A stretch of DNA of 64,000 nucleotides from Gemmatimonadota bacterium (GCA_965207805.1 OZ242312.1:684748-748747), one strand, 5' to 3'. Positions 46,985 through 57,026 are shown, counted from the first letter of the stretch. Translations and numbers: made by a program. Notes: generated from the sequence alone by a model not told the origin.

Positions 46985-49570
46985 ATGACGCCGACGCCGC
47001 GCGCCCTTCGACTGTTCGGATTCCTCCTGATCGCCGGCGGCGGGTTCGCTGCGCTGCCGCTCGCGGGGCAGGACGACGTGGTCAAGTATCCGGGGCCGTT
47101 CCCCGGCGGGTATCCGGCCATGAGCGGGATCGGCGGGTCGGGGAAGATGTACATGGAGAGCTACTTTCCACCCCCGGTCACAGCGTCGCCCACCTATCCC
47201 GCGTTCTCGCCCGATGGCGCGTCGATCGCCTTCGCCTACCAGGGGCGGATCTGGGCGGTCCCGGCCGAAGGGGGCGTGGCTCGGCAACTCACGTCCGGGG
47301 CGGGATACCACTCGCAGCCGAGCTGGTCTTCCGACGGTCGCCACATCGCCTACGCCGCGGACACCGACCTCAATCTCGACATCTTCCTGCTCGACCTCGA
47401 GAACGGGGAATCGCGCCGGCTGACGGAAGATCCCGCCATCGACATGCGGCCACGGTTCTCTCCCGATGGTTCCAGGATCCTGTTCACGACCGGACGGGAC
47501 GGGACGTTCGACCTCTGGGCATACGATCTCGGGACGGAGGCGCTGGAGTCCGTCATCGCCCACCCGGGGGCGAACGACATGGCCGGCGACTGGATCGGCG
47601 ACACGGGCGACATCGTCTTCGTCTCCAAGCGCGGCGAGGCGGCGCTAGGCTCGGGCTCTCTGTGGCGCTGGAGCGCGGACACCGGCGAGGCCGAACTCCT
47701 CATCCGCATCGAGACGAACTACCAGGCTTCGCCCGTCGTCGCCCCGCACGGCGGCTCGGTGGCTTACGTCACCGACGCATCCGGGAACAACGACATCTAC
47801 CAGGTCCCGACCTACCGCGCGGCCGCGGCGCAGGACCGTTCCAGTCCCGGGATCCAGCAGGTCCGACTCACCCACACCCGCACGGACGAGTACTTCCCCT
47901 CCTGGTCTCCGGACGGGGAGCGCCTCGTCTACGCGCGGAACGGAGGCCTCCACGGCGAGGAACGGACGATCGACGGCGGGATGGGCTTCGGACTCTACAC
48001 GACGGGGCGCGGGGGCGGCGAGCCGGTCCCGGTGCGAATCGAGGATTACGCGTGGTCCGAACCCACGGGCCAGGTGCAGGTCCGCGTCACCGACCCGAGG
48101 GGGCGGCGGGTCCCCTCCCGCATCTACCTGGAGGCGTCGGACGGGCGGAGCTACTTCCCGGACGGGAGCTTCCCGCGCGTCCTGAGCGGGCCCGAGGACT
48201 ACTACTTTCACACGGACGGGAGCTTCTCCGTCACTCTCCCGGTCGGGACGGCGGACCTGGAGGTGTGGCGCGGATTCGAGTACGAGCCCGCCATGCACAC
48301 GGTCGACGTGCGCGCCGGCGAGTGGACGAACGTGGACGTCACGCTGGAACGCTGGATCGACATGGCCGCGGACGGCTGGTATTCCGGGGACAATCATATT
48401 CATCCGAACTATGGCGGCCACTATTTTGTCACCCCGCTCGACCTCGGGAACAAGGCGCTGGCGGAAGATCTCAATGTGGCGAACGGGATGATCGCCAACT
48501 ATTGGGCGAACAGTCGCGTGGAGGACCTCGAACACTTCCTCGGCCACCCGCACCCGCACCCGGACCCGCGCACGATCGTCTACTACAACGAGGAGTACCG
48601 GCCGAACTTCTTCGCCCACATGTCGCTGCTGAACCTCGTGGAACTCATCACGCCGTTCTACATCGGCTACGAGGGAACGGCATTCCGCGAGCTCTATCCC
48701 GACAACGCGGCGGTGCTCAGGCGCGTGCACGAACAGGGCGGGATCGGCGGCTACGTGCACCCGTTCGGGCTCAGCCACCGCGGGGCCGCGGACCCGGTGC
48801 CGAGCGGCGCGCGCGAACTGCCCGTCGACGCGATCCTCGGGCTGGCCGACTTCGTGGACGTCTCCTGCATCTGGAGCGATGAACTGGGGACGGCCGCGAT
48901 CTGGTATCGCCTCCTCAACACCGGCTCCCGGATCCCGGCCACGGCGGGGACGGACGCGATGACCGACATGTGGCGGCATCCGGCCGTGGGGACGACGCGT
49001 GTTTACGTCTACACGGGCGAGGAGGACCTCGACTACGACGAGTGGGCGGACGCCATGGCCGCGGGCCACGCCTTCGTGACGAGCGGACCCATCCTCACGC
49101 TCGACGTGGATGGCATGGGGATGGGCGAGGAACTCGCGGTGTCGCGCGGCGAGAGTTTGAGAGTCGCGGTCACCGCGCGTTCGCTGTTCGAGATGGAGCG
49201 GCTCGACATCATCCGGAACGGCGAAATCATCCACACCGTCGAGGCGACGGGCGACGGCCGGACGCTCGAAGCGGAGATCGACGTCGCCATGGACGGGAGC
49301 GGCTGGATCGCCGCTCGGATCCTCGGGCCGGCGCAGCACGGCGCGATGGACAGCTACCTGTTCGCGCACACGAACCCGGTGTTCGTCATCGCCGACGGGG
49401 AGCCGATCCGGTCGCCGGAAGACGCCGCGTTCTTCGTGCGCTGGATCGAACGGACGCTCGACGACATCCACTCGATGGACCGCTGGGACGACCCGGCCCA
49501 CAAAGCCGAGGTCGTCGCGACGTTCGAGGAGGGCCTCCGCCTGTACCAGGCCCAGGCCGGCAGTCGCTGA
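46985..49570 (+). CDS. TolB-like (PD40 beta-propeller) + CehA/McbA-family metallohydrolase fusion, secreted
   Basis: Signal peptide. PD40-like repeats (SPDGASIAFAY, SWSSDGRHIAYAAD, FSPDGSRILFTT, SWSPDGERLVYAR). C-terminal GWYSGDNHIHPNYGGHY motif. Confidence 0.65.
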   Translation: MTPTPRALRLFGFLLIAGGGFAALPLAGQDDVVKYPGPFPGGYPAMSGIGGSGKMYMESYFPPPVTASPTYPAFSPDGASIAFAYQGRIWAVPAEGGVARQLTSGAGYHSQPSWSSDGRHIAYAADTDLNLDIFLLDLENGESRRLTEDPAIDMRPRFSPDGSRILFTTGRDGTFDLWAYDLGTEALESVIAHPGANDMAGDWIGDTGDIVFVSKRGEAALGSGSLWRWSADTGEAELLIRIETNYQASPVVAPHGGSVAYVTDASGNNDIYQVPTYRAAAAQDRSSPGIQQVRLTHTRTDEYFPSWSPDGERLVYARNGGLHGEERTIDGGMGFGLYTTGRGGGEPVPVRIEDYAWSEPTGQVQVRVTDPRGRRVPSRIYLEASDGRSYFPDGSFPRVLSGPEDYYFHTDGSFSVTLPVGTADLEVWRGFEYEPAMHTVDVRAGEWTNVDVTLERWIDMAADGWYSGDNHIHPNYGGHYFVTPLDLGNKALAEDLNVANGMIANYWANSRVEDLEHFLGHPHPHPDPRTIVYYNEEYRPNFFAHMSLLNLVELITPFYIGYEGTAFRELYPDNAAVLRRVHEQGGIGGYVHPFGLSHRGAADPVPSGARELPVDAILGLADFVDVSCIWSDELGTAAIWYRLLNTGSRIPATAGTDAMTDMWRHPAVGTTRVYVYTGEEDLDYDEWADAMAAGHAFVTSGPILTLDVDGMGMGEELAVSRGESLRVAVTARSLFEMERLDIIRNGEIIHTVEATGDGRTLEAEIDVAMDGSGWIAARILGPAQHGAMDSYLFAHTNPVFVIADGEPIRSPEDAAFFVRWIERTLDDIHSMDRWDDPAHKAEVVATFEEGLRLYQAQAGSR

Positions 49571-49596
49571 CGTCGCCGCGCTGAGACCGGCGCCGG

Positions 49597-50382
49597 CTAG
49601 CGGCCCTTGAAGTTCGGTTCGCGCTTTTCCGTGAAGGCGCGGGGGCCTTCGGCGTGGTCCTCGGAGACGAGCATGCGCTCGTAGGCAGGGAACAGGCCCT
49701 CCTGGACGGCCTCGAAGGCGTCCCGCACCGACGAACCTTCGATTCCGCGTACGATTTCCTTGATCGCCCGCATCGAGAGGGGGGCGTTCCGGGCCAGACC
49801 CTCGGCGACTTCACGAGCTTTCGGGAGCACCCGCTCTGAAGGGACAACCCAGTTCACGAGGCCCCATTCGTGCGCCTCCTCCGCCCTCATCCGGCGGCCC
49901 GTGAGCAGCATTTCCATCGCGACGTTCCGCGGCAGCCGCCTCGGAAGCCGCTGGACGCCGCCCGCGTCGGGCACGTTCCCCAGACGGCCCTCGGGGAACC
50001 AGAACTCGGCGCCCTCGCTCGCGACGATGAGGTCGGCGGCGAGCATGATCTCGCACCCTCCGCCCACCGCCAGACCGTTCACGGCGGCGATCACGGGCTT
50101 CGTCAGGTCCCACAGCTCCGTGATCCCGCCGAAACCGCCCGCCCCGTAGTCCATCCGCTCGTGCTCGCCCCCGGCGGCGGCCTTGAGGTCCCAGCCGGCC
50201 GAGAAGATGCGGTCGCCGGCCGAGGCGAGGATCGCCACGCGGAGTTCATCGTCGTCGCGAAAGTCGCAGAAGACCTCGCCCATGCGGATGCTCGTCGCCG
50301 CGTCGATCGCGTTCGCCGGCGGCCGGTCCAGCGTGACTTCGAGGACGTGCCCGCGGCGTCGGGCTCTCACCGGATCGGACAT
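49597..50382 (-). CDS. enoyl-CoA hydratase/isomerase (crotonase) family protein
   Basis: Crotonase motifs (AAVNGLAVGGGCEIMLAADL, FPEGRLG). ATG 50382 preceded by AAGGAG. Confidence 0.8.
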   Translation of the reverse strand: MSDPVRARRRGHVLEVTLDRPPANAIDAATSIRMGEVFCDFRDDDELRVAILASAGDRIFSAGWDLKAAAGGEHERMDYGAGGFGGITELWDLTKPVIAAVNGLAVGGGCEIMLAADLIVASEGAEFWFPEGRLGNVPDAGGVQRLPRRLPRNVAMEMLLTGRRMRAEEAHEWGLVNWVVPSERVLPKAREVAEGLARNAPLSMRAIKEIVRGIEGSSVRDAFEAVQEGLFPAYERMLVSEDHAEGPRAFTEKREPNFKGR

Positions 50383-50384
50383 GT

Positions 50385-51245
50385 TCAGCGACTCCTTTCG
50401 CGGTAGCCCCGCAGGCGGGCGAGGTTCCGGATGTCGGCGTCGGCGCCGTCCTCCCCCTTCGGGGTCTCCAGGATCTTGGGGACGTGACGCAGGCTGGCAT
50501 CCCGCATCAGCCACCGGAAGGGGCTCTCGCCGAGGCTGCCTTCGCCGATCTCCTCGTGGCGGTCCTTTCGCGAGTCGAAGGGGTGCTGCGAGTCGTTCAC
50601 GTGGATGAGACCCAGGCGTTCGAGTCCCAGCACGCGGTCGAACGCCTCCCAGACGCCATCGTAGTCGCCGACCAGATCGTAACCGGCCGAGTAGGCGTGG
50701 CACGTATCGAAGCAGATGCCCACGCGCCCCCGCTGGGGGTCCGGGATCCGGTCCAGAATGCTGCGCAGATTCTCGAAGCTCGCCCCGACGGTCGTCCCGG
50801 CGCCGGCCGTGAGTTCGAGGAGGACGCGGGTCGGACCCTCCACGGCCTCCAGCGATTCGGTCACGCCCCGCGCGTTGCGGGCGAGCCCCTCCTCGATGTC
50901 CCCGTCCGTCGCGTTCCCGGGATGGGTCACGAGGAAATCGAGGCCGAGACGCACGCAGCGCTGGAGTTCGCTCTCGAAGCTGCGTTGCGACATCCGCCAC
51001 AGCCGCCGGTCGGGGGACGAGAGGTTGATGAGATAGGAGTCGTGGGCCCCGGCGACCGCGATTCCGTGCTCGGCGCGCGCCGCCTTGAACGCTTCCGCCG
51101 TCTCGTCGTCGATACGCGGCTCGGCCCACCGGTTGGGCTGCTTGGTGAAGAGCTGGAAGTTCGCCGCCCCGATCTCCGCCGCCCGCCGTGGCGCGGTCTG
51201 CACGCCCCCCGCCACCGAGACGTGGGCGCCGAGTTCGTCGGTCAC
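50385..51245 (-). CDS. nfo: endonuclease IV (AP endonuclease, Nfo)
   Basis: Xylose-isomerase-like TIM barrel motifs (HDSYLINL, ICFDTCHAYSAGYD, LIHVNDS). 286 aa. Confidence 0.85.
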   Translation of the reverse strand: MTDELGAHVSVAGGVQTAPRRAAEIGAANFQLFTKQPNRWAEPRIDDETAEAFKAARAEHGIAVAGAHDSYLINLSSPDRRLWRMSQRSFESELQRCVRLGLDFLVTHPGNATDGDIEEGLARNARGVTESLEAVEGPTRVLLELTAGAGTTVGASFENLRSILDRIPDPQRGRVGICFDTCHAYSAGYDLVGDYDGVWEAFDRVLGLERLGLIHVNDSQHPFDSRKDRHEEIGEGSLGESPFRWLMRDASLRHVPKILETPKGEDGADADIRNLARLRGYRERSR

Positions 51246-51961
51246 GCCTTCCGGGGTGGCTGCGACGGACGCAGTTCGACCCGGCTCACGTGGGCTTCCT
51301 TCGGATAGGAGAGCAGTTGCATGACCGCCACCGCGCAGTCATCCACGTGCAGGCGCCAGGTCCGCTCCGGCACCTGCTCCCGGCCGTTGAAGTACGTGTC
51401 CACGCTCCCGGGCATCACGATGCTCACCCGCACGTCGTCGTAGCGCACGTCGAGCAGCATCGCCTCGGTGAGTCCGAGCAGGCCGTACTTGCTCGCGTTG
51501 TACCCGGTGCCGCCGGGGAAGGGATGGCGGCTGGCGAGCGACGCGATGTTCACGATGAAGCCGTCGCCGCTCGCGCTCAGGTGTGGGAGTGCAGCCCTGG
51601 AGCAGTAGAAGACGCCGCCGAGGTTCACGTCGATCTGGAGTTGCCACTCCTCGACGCTCATCTCCCGCAGCGGTTTGAAGATCCCGAGTCCGGCGTTGTT
51701 CACGAGGATGTCGAGCCGGCCGAAGCGGGCCATGGTCTCCTCGACCATGCGCTCGCAGGCACCCGCATCCGCCACGTCGCACACGATGCCCAGCGCCCGA
51801 TCGCCGAGTTCGGCCTCGGCCGCCCGCACATCCGCCCCGGTCCTCGCACAGACCGCGACGGAGGCCCCCGCCGCGAGCAGGTGCTCCGCGATCGCGCGCC
51901 CGATCCCCTTCGTCCCGCCCGTCACGAGCGCGACTTTCCCCGTCAAGTTCGTCGTTCCCAT
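51242..51961 (-). CDS. SDR-family short-chain dehydrogenase/reductase
   Basis: TGGTKGIG Rossmann motif, NNAG, and catalytic YNASK. 239 aa. Confidence 0.85.
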   Translation of the reverse strand: MGTTNLTGKVALVTGGTKGIGRAIAEHLLAAGASVAVCARTGADVRAAEAELGDRALGIVCDVADAGACERMVEETMARFGRLDILVNNAGLGIFKPLREMSVEEWQLQIDVNLGGVFYCSRAALPHLSASGDGFIVNIASLASRHPFPGGTGYNASKYGLLGLTEAMLLDVRYDDVRVSIVMPGSVDTYFNGREQVPERTWRLHVDDCAVAVMQLLSYPKEAHVSRVELRPSQPPRKA

Positions 51962-52015
51962 TCCACCCTTCTTGTTGCCTTCTCACGTTTCGATTCGAGA
52001 CGCCCTCCCGGGTCC

Positions 52016-54661
52016 TCAGATCGGGAGCCAGTAGGCGATCTTGAGCAGGAAGACGTGTTGCCCTCGCGCGCGCAGGCTGTCGACGAGACGGCCGGGGTCC
52101 ACGAGTTCGCCCGAAGTCCGCATGTCGGAGCGGTCCTGCTGCCACACGAGGAAGAGCGTGCTGCCCGGCTGCCACTCCCAGCGGAGGACGACGTTGCTCC
52201 GGAGAGAGAGGATGTTGAAGTCCCCGTCGGGGAGCGTAAACGACCGGCCGCCCTCGGTCACGTCCCACGAACCATCCACCCGACGATTGATCCTCGATCC
52301 CATTTCGCCGTACAGGAGCAGGTGTCGCTGGCCAGGTTCCAGGAGTTCGCCCAGCCCGTGGCGGCGTCCGCTCGCCGCGAACGGCTCGAAGTACGCCTCG
52401 AGCGTGAGGTCCGGGCCGAAGGCGTAGGCGCCGCGTAGGCGGAGGGCGACGGTGCTGCGGTCGATGGCGGAGAAGATGTAGCGCCGGTCGAACGTGGCCC
52501 GCCGGCCACCGGCCAGCGCCGTGAGGTACTGGCGCGATTCCGCTTCGCGCCGGTAGCTGGGTTCGACCTCGAGTTGCAGGGCCGACCCCGGGCGGAGCGT
52601 GAGCGAGCCGGCCACGTCGTACGCCCATCCGCCGATCTCGTCGCGCCCGTAGGATCCTCTGAGCCGGAAGCCAGTCCTGAAGGAGCGGTCGGTGGCGAGC
52701 GCAAGGCCGGCCTGCCAACGCGCGAGCGTCTCCATGAGGGGGCCGCCGCGCGTGAGGTGGTCGCTGAGCGCGCGCGGGTGGTATCCGCCCTCGAGCGTCG
52801 TGCGCAGGTAGTTGTGCCAGGTGGCAGTCGCGCGGCCCCCGATCGTCGTCTCGGTGCGCACGCCGTCGAAGTTCCACGAACTCGCTGACGTGAGGCCGAC
52901 CTGCCAGGCGCGGGCAAACGCGGTCGGGATCGTCTCGCGGATCGCGATGTCGGCTTCGGCCGTGAGCCGGTCCGCGTTGAACATCTGGCCCACGTCGTTG
53001 ATCTCGAAGCCGGGCGAAATGGCTTCGCCTCGCACGCGCCACAGGAAGCGCCGACCGCCCACCTTCTCCATCCCGAGGGCCGCGGTATACCCGGACAGCG
53101 TGGAGCGCGAGGGGTCCAGCCACGCGGTTTCGCGGTCCGGACGCTGGAAGAAACGCGCGCTCGAGCGCTGCACCCGCAGGATCGCGTCGGAGTTGCCGCT
53201 GAGGTGCGAGAACCCCGCATGTCCCGTGAGTTCGTATTCGCCCCCGGCGAAGCGCAGGTTCCAGTCAGTGCCGCCGGCGTAGGCGCGCCACGGGAGGAGC
53301 GCGGCGAGTTCGGGACGGCCCTCGCGGCTGAGCGTGGTCCCCGTGAAGCCGAGCGTGGAACCCTCCTCCCCGAACTCTTGCTCCAGTCTCGCCACCGCGA
53401 AGGCGCTCAGGGGGGCGACCGGGACGGCGCTCTCGACGGCGTCCGTCCCGGTCGCTCCGTGCGCGAAGTCGAACGCCCGGGCATCCTCGCGACCGGTGAC
53501 GGCGAAGAGCGCGCCCACGGAGGTCCCCCCCGGGAGCCGGCCCGTGACCTTCCCCGCTCCGAGAATCGTGGTCTGATCGGGCGCGACGACGCTGTCGGCC
53601 TCTGCCCGCCCCGCGGGGGGAGCCCCGATGCGGCGCGAGTAGAAGTAGCGCGGACCCAGCCCCTCCATGAGTTGGCGACCCTCGGTGAAGAAGGGTCGGC
53701 GCTCCTCGAAGACTTCCTCGAACGCGGTCAGGTTCACGACCGCGGGGTCCGCTTCGACCTGTCCGAAGTCCGGGTTGACGGCGGCATCGAGCGTCAGACT
53801 CGAACCGAGACCGACCTTGAAGTCCGCCCCCACGCGTGACTCGCTCCGCGTCACGACCCCCGCCATCGGGCCACCCGTGGGCGTTCGCAGATCGCCCGCC
53901 ACGTAGGGCAGAAACTCGATCCCGCGGCTCCCCCGCACGCCCTCGAGTCCGGTGAGGTCGCCGAGGCGCGAGGCCCACCCGGGCTCGCTCCGAACGACGA
54001 GTTCCCACAGGAGGTTCTCCTGGATATCGGGCATGTAGCGGTTGATGTTCACGCCCCAAGCCGACTCGTCGCCGTTGAAGCGCAATTGCGAGAACGGCAT
54101 GCGCATCTCGGCCGTCCACCCGAGCGAGTCGCGCTGCACGCGCGCCGACCACACGGGATCCCACGTGTAGTCGCGGTTCGTCACATTGTCCTCGGGGTGG
54201 TACCAGTCCGTACGGCTTCCCGCCGCGTTCACCCCGAAGGAGACGGCCGTGCGCCGGTTCAGGTAGGGGTCGAGCGAGACCAGCAGGCGCTCCGACCCGG
54301 TGTTCTGGTCGCGGCGGGTACGATAGGCCTGGATGCCGTCGGGATCGTCCGTGTACATGCGCCCGGCGATCCACAGCGCGTCGTCGTCGAACGCGAACGC
54401 GACTTCGGTCCGCCGCGTGGCCGGGTCGCCCTCGTCCGGCTCGCGCTGCCAGAACGTCGTCGCGAATTCCGCCGCCGCCCACACCGCGTCGTCCAACCGG
54501 CCATCCAGTTGGAGCGTCCGATCCGTGTCGCGCGTGGCCCTGAGCTGCTGCCGGTCCTCCGGGCCCAGGCCCTGCGCGCTGAGCGCCGTGCCCGCGGGGA
54601 AGAGGAACAGGATGACGGCGGCGACAGCCGGCGAGATGCGGCCCGAACCGTCAGCGCTCAA
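52016..54661 (-). CDS. large secreted DUF5916-like protein (CBM9-like N-terminal domain + beta-rich C-terminal domain)
   Basis: Signal peptide. Length ~880 aa. Family assignment is from memory and is low-confidence. Confidence 0.45.
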   Translation of the reverse strand: MSADGSGRISPAVAAVILFLFPAGTALSAQGLGPEDRQQLRATRDTDRTLQLDGRLDDAVWAAAEFATTFWQREPDEGDPATRRTEVAFAFDDDALWIAGRMYTDDPDGIQAYRTRRDQNTGSERLLVSLDPYLNRRTAVSFGVNAAGSRTDWYHPEDNVTNRDYTWDPVWSARVQRDSLGWTAEMRMPFSQLRFNGDESAWGVNINRYMPDIQENLLWELVVRSEPGWASRLGDLTGLEGVRGSRGIEFLPYVAGDLRTPTGGPMAGVVTRSESRVGADFKVGLGSSLTLDAAVNPDFGQVEADPAVVNLTAFEEVFEERRPFFTEGRQLMEGLGPRYFYSRRIGAPPAGRAEADSVVAPDQTTILGAGKVTGRLPGGTSVGALFAVTGREDARAFDFAHGATGTDAVESAVPVAPLSAFAVARLEQEFGEEGSTLGFTGTTLSREGRPELAALLPWRAYAGGTDWNLRFAGGEYELTGHAGFSHLSGNSDAILRVQRSSARFFQRPDRETAWLDPSRSTLSGYTAALGMEKVGGRRFLWRVRGEAISPGFEINDVGQMFNADRLTAEADIAIRETIPTAFARAWQVGLTSASSWNFDGVRTETTIGGRATATWHNYLRTTLEGGYHPRALSDHLTRGGPLMETLARWQAGLALATDRSFRTGFRLRGSYGRDEIGGWAYDVAGSLTLRPGSALQLEVEPSYRREAESRQYLTALAGGRRATFDRRYIFSAIDRSTVALRLRGAYAFGPDLTLEAYFEPFAASGRRHGLGELLEPGQRHLLLYGEMGSRINRRVDGSWDVTEGGRSFTLPDGDFNILSLRSNVVLRWEWQPGSTLFLVWQQDRSDMRTSGELVDPGRLVDSLRARGQHVFLLKIAYWLPI

Positions 54662-55808
54662 GGAAGATTTCCTTCGGGATGAAACCCGTGACGACCTGGG
54701 TCAGGTCGACGACCTCGCTCACCCGGAAATCGACGGCGATGCTGGCGAGGGAAAGCGCCCTGTCGGGCGCCAGTCCCTTCTCCTCGACGAGGAACTCCAC
54801 CACGAGCCGGGTCGCCTCGCGCGCGGCGCGGTCGAGGTCGAGATCGATGCCCATGATCAGGTAGTGGGTCGGGGTCTCGGCGCGCGGGGCGGGGATCGTC
54901 ACCCCCTTGTGCACCACGAACTGGAACACACCCGTGAGCGACTGCTCGATCGCGGTGCCGCTCACCTCCCCGTCCCCCTGCGCGCCGTGCCCATCGCCCG
55001 CGTAGAAGAGCGCCCCCGGATGGAAGACGGGGAGGTACAACGTCGTCCCGGCCGTGAGGTCCTTCACGTCGAGGTTGCCGCCGAAGGCACCCGGCGGGCG
55101 CGACCCCTGGACGCCCGGCACCGTCACGCCCGGCTCGCCCACGACCGGATCGGGGGCGACGGCGAGGATGCCCATGAACGGCGCCAGCGGCACCTGGATG
55201 TCGGGCGAGAAGAAGGCGACTTCCCGCCCGTCCGCCTCACCCGTCCGAATCAGGTGCCGGCCGGCCGGGATGTCGAGCGGTTCGTCCTCATCGCGCGCGC
55301 CGGGATAGCTCGGGGAGAAGACCCCGCCCCGGCCGCTCGTGGAGTTCACGCCCCACGGTACGCGCGTCTCAATGTCCAGGATCCGGATCTCGAGCATGTC
55401 GCCGGGCTCGGCCCCCTCGATGTGGACCGGACCCGTGATGACGTGCCCGCTTCGCCCCTCGCGTGGACGGCCTTCGCGCGAGGCCCAGAAGTCGATGACG
55501 TCGTCGAGGACCTCCTCCCGCGGCACACCGAGTCCCGTCAGAAACTCGCCTGGGTGCTCGTCCTGCGTGGCCCCCACGTGGGTCAACGTCTCGATCCGCA
55601 CGGTCTCACCTGACGCGATTCGCAGCACCGGCTCCTTGTCGATCGGGAACCAGCCCCAGTTGAGCGTTTCCGGCCGCGACGGGAGGAAGTGGTCGGCTTC
55701 GACCTCCCCGGCTTCAGCGACATTCATCTCTTCGCTCACGGGCGGAGCACACCCCAGCGCGAGCGCACAGCCCATGGTCACCAGGCCCGGCCTCATTTGA
55801 CGCGACAT
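54651..55808 (-). CDS. acetamidase/formamidase (FmdA/AmdA) family protein, lipoprotein
   Basis: FmdA_AmdA-like motifs (GPVHIEGAEPGDMLEIRILDI, LYLPVFHPGALFYAGDGHGAQGDGEVSGTAIE). Lipobox LALGCA. Confidence 0.75.
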   Translation of the reverse strand: MSRQMRPGLVTMGCALALGCAPPVSEEMNVAEAGEVEADHFLPSRPETLNWGWFPIDKEPVLRIASGETVRIETLTHVGATQDEHPGEFLTGLGVPREEVLDDVIDFWASREGRPREGRSGHVITGPVHIEGAEPGDMLEIRILDIETRVPWGVNSTSGRGGVFSPSYPGARDEDEPLDIPAGRHLIRTGEADGREVAFFSPDIQVPLAPFMGILAVAPDPVVGEPGVTVPGVQGSRPPGAFGGNLDVKDLTAGTTLYLPVFHPGALFYAGDGHGAQGDGEVSGTAIEQSLTGVFQFVVHKGVTIPAPRAETPTHYLIMGIDLDLDRAAREATRLVVEFLVEEKGLAPDRALSLASIAVDFRVSEVVDLTQVVTGFIPKEIFLER

Positions 55809-55898
55809 GGAACGCTCTCCCACGCTGAGGGTGAGCGTTTACAGTGGATCTTCCCGTTCCGGGAGGCAACGATCCCGGACAGAACGCAGAGGGCGGCC

Positions 55899-57026
55899 AT
55901 GAGAGACGGCATCCGGCGCGTGATCTTCCTCTTTCCGATCGTTCTTTCGGCGTGTTCGAACCCGGGGGCGGGCGCCCCCGCCGAGGGTGGCCCCCGGGAG
56001 GGTGGCGTGCCGACGTTCGCGGTGGATCCGGGCTGGCCGCGCGAGATGCCGAACCTGTGGATCATGGGATCCATCACGGGCGTGTTCGTCGACGCGCGCG
56101 ATCACGTCTGGGTCACGCACATCCCGGAATCGCTGACGCCGGAGGAGACGTCCGCCGTGCAGGACCCGCCTATCGGCACCTGCTGCGTCCCGGCCCCGGT
56201 CGTGACCGAGTTCGATCCCGAGGGGAATCTCGTCCAGGGGTGGGGCGACCCCGCGACGCAGGACGTGTCCGAATTCCCGCGCAACGCGCACGGCATCTTC
56301 GTCGACCACAACGACTACGTGTGGGTGGGCACCTACCGGCACCACCGCGTGATGAAGTTCACGCGCTCCGGCGACCTCGTGATGACGATCGGCCGCTACG
56401 ACGAAAACGCCGGCAGCGACGACACCGAGCTTCTCGGCGGCCCCGCCGGCATCTGGGTGGACCCGGAGGACAACGAGGTTTTCGTCGCCGACGGCTATCA
56501 GAATCGCCGCGTCGTGGTCTTCGATGGCGAGACCGGAGCCTACCTCCGCCATTGGGGCGCCTACGGCGAGCCGCCGGACGACGCCTACGAGTACGACTAT
56601 GCGGGGCGGACGCCGGACTCGGAGCCGCCGCGCCAGTTCTCCACTGTCCACGACCTCACGGGATCGAACGACGGTCTCATCTACGTCGCCGACCGCCGCG
56701 GGAACCGGATCCAGGTGTTCGATCAGGCGGGCGCGTTCCACGCCGAGAAGATCGTGGCGCCGGCCACGCGCGCCTCGGGCTCGGCGTTCGTCGTCGCCTT
56801 CTCACCCGACGCCGAGCAGCGCTGGCTCTACCTCGCCGACGGCACCAACCACAAGGTGTGGATCCTGCGCCGAAGCGACCTCGAGATCGTGGGCGAGTTC
56901 GGCCGCGGCGGCCGCCAGTTAGGTCAGTTCCTGCGCCCGCACGGGATGAGCGTCGATTCCCACGGCAATATCTACGTCGGCGAAGCCTCCACCGGCCGCC
57001 GGATGCAGCGTTTCACGCCCCGTTGA
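55899..57026 (+). CDS. NHL-repeat beta-propeller protein (peptidyl-alpha-hydroxyglycine alpha-amidating lyase-like), lipoprotein
   Basis: Lipobox VLSAC. NHL-type repeats (HGIFVDHNDYVWVGT, PAGIWVDPEDNEVFVADGYQNRRVVVFD, DGLIYVADRRGNRIQVFD, HGMSVDSHGNIYVGE). Confidence 0.65.
   Translation: MRDGIRRVIFLFPIVLSACSNPGAGAPAEGGPREGGVPTFAVDPGWPREMPNLWIMGSITGVFVDARDHVWVTHIPESLTPEETSAVQDPPIGTCCVPAPVVTEFDPEGNLVQGWGDPATQDVSEFPRNAHGIFVDHNDYVWVGTYRHHRVMKFTRSGDLVMTIGRYDENAGSDDTELLGGPAGIWVDPEDNEVFVADGYQNRRVVVFDGETGAYLRHWGAYGEPPDDAYEYDYAGRTPDSEPPRQFSTVHDLTGSNDGLIYVADRRGNRIQVFDQAGAFHAEKIVAPATRASGSAFVVAFSPDAEQRWLYLADGTNHKVWILRRSDLEIVGEFGRGGRQLGQFLRPHGMSVDSHGNIYVGEASTGRRMQRFTPR

Noticed and set aside
47645-49501. 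618-aa minus-strand ORF and 406-aa plus-strand alternate-frame ORF overlapping the TolB-CehA fusion gene
   Set aside because: Antisense or alternate-frame artefacts. The annotated frame carries PD40 repeats and the GWYSGDNHIH motif.
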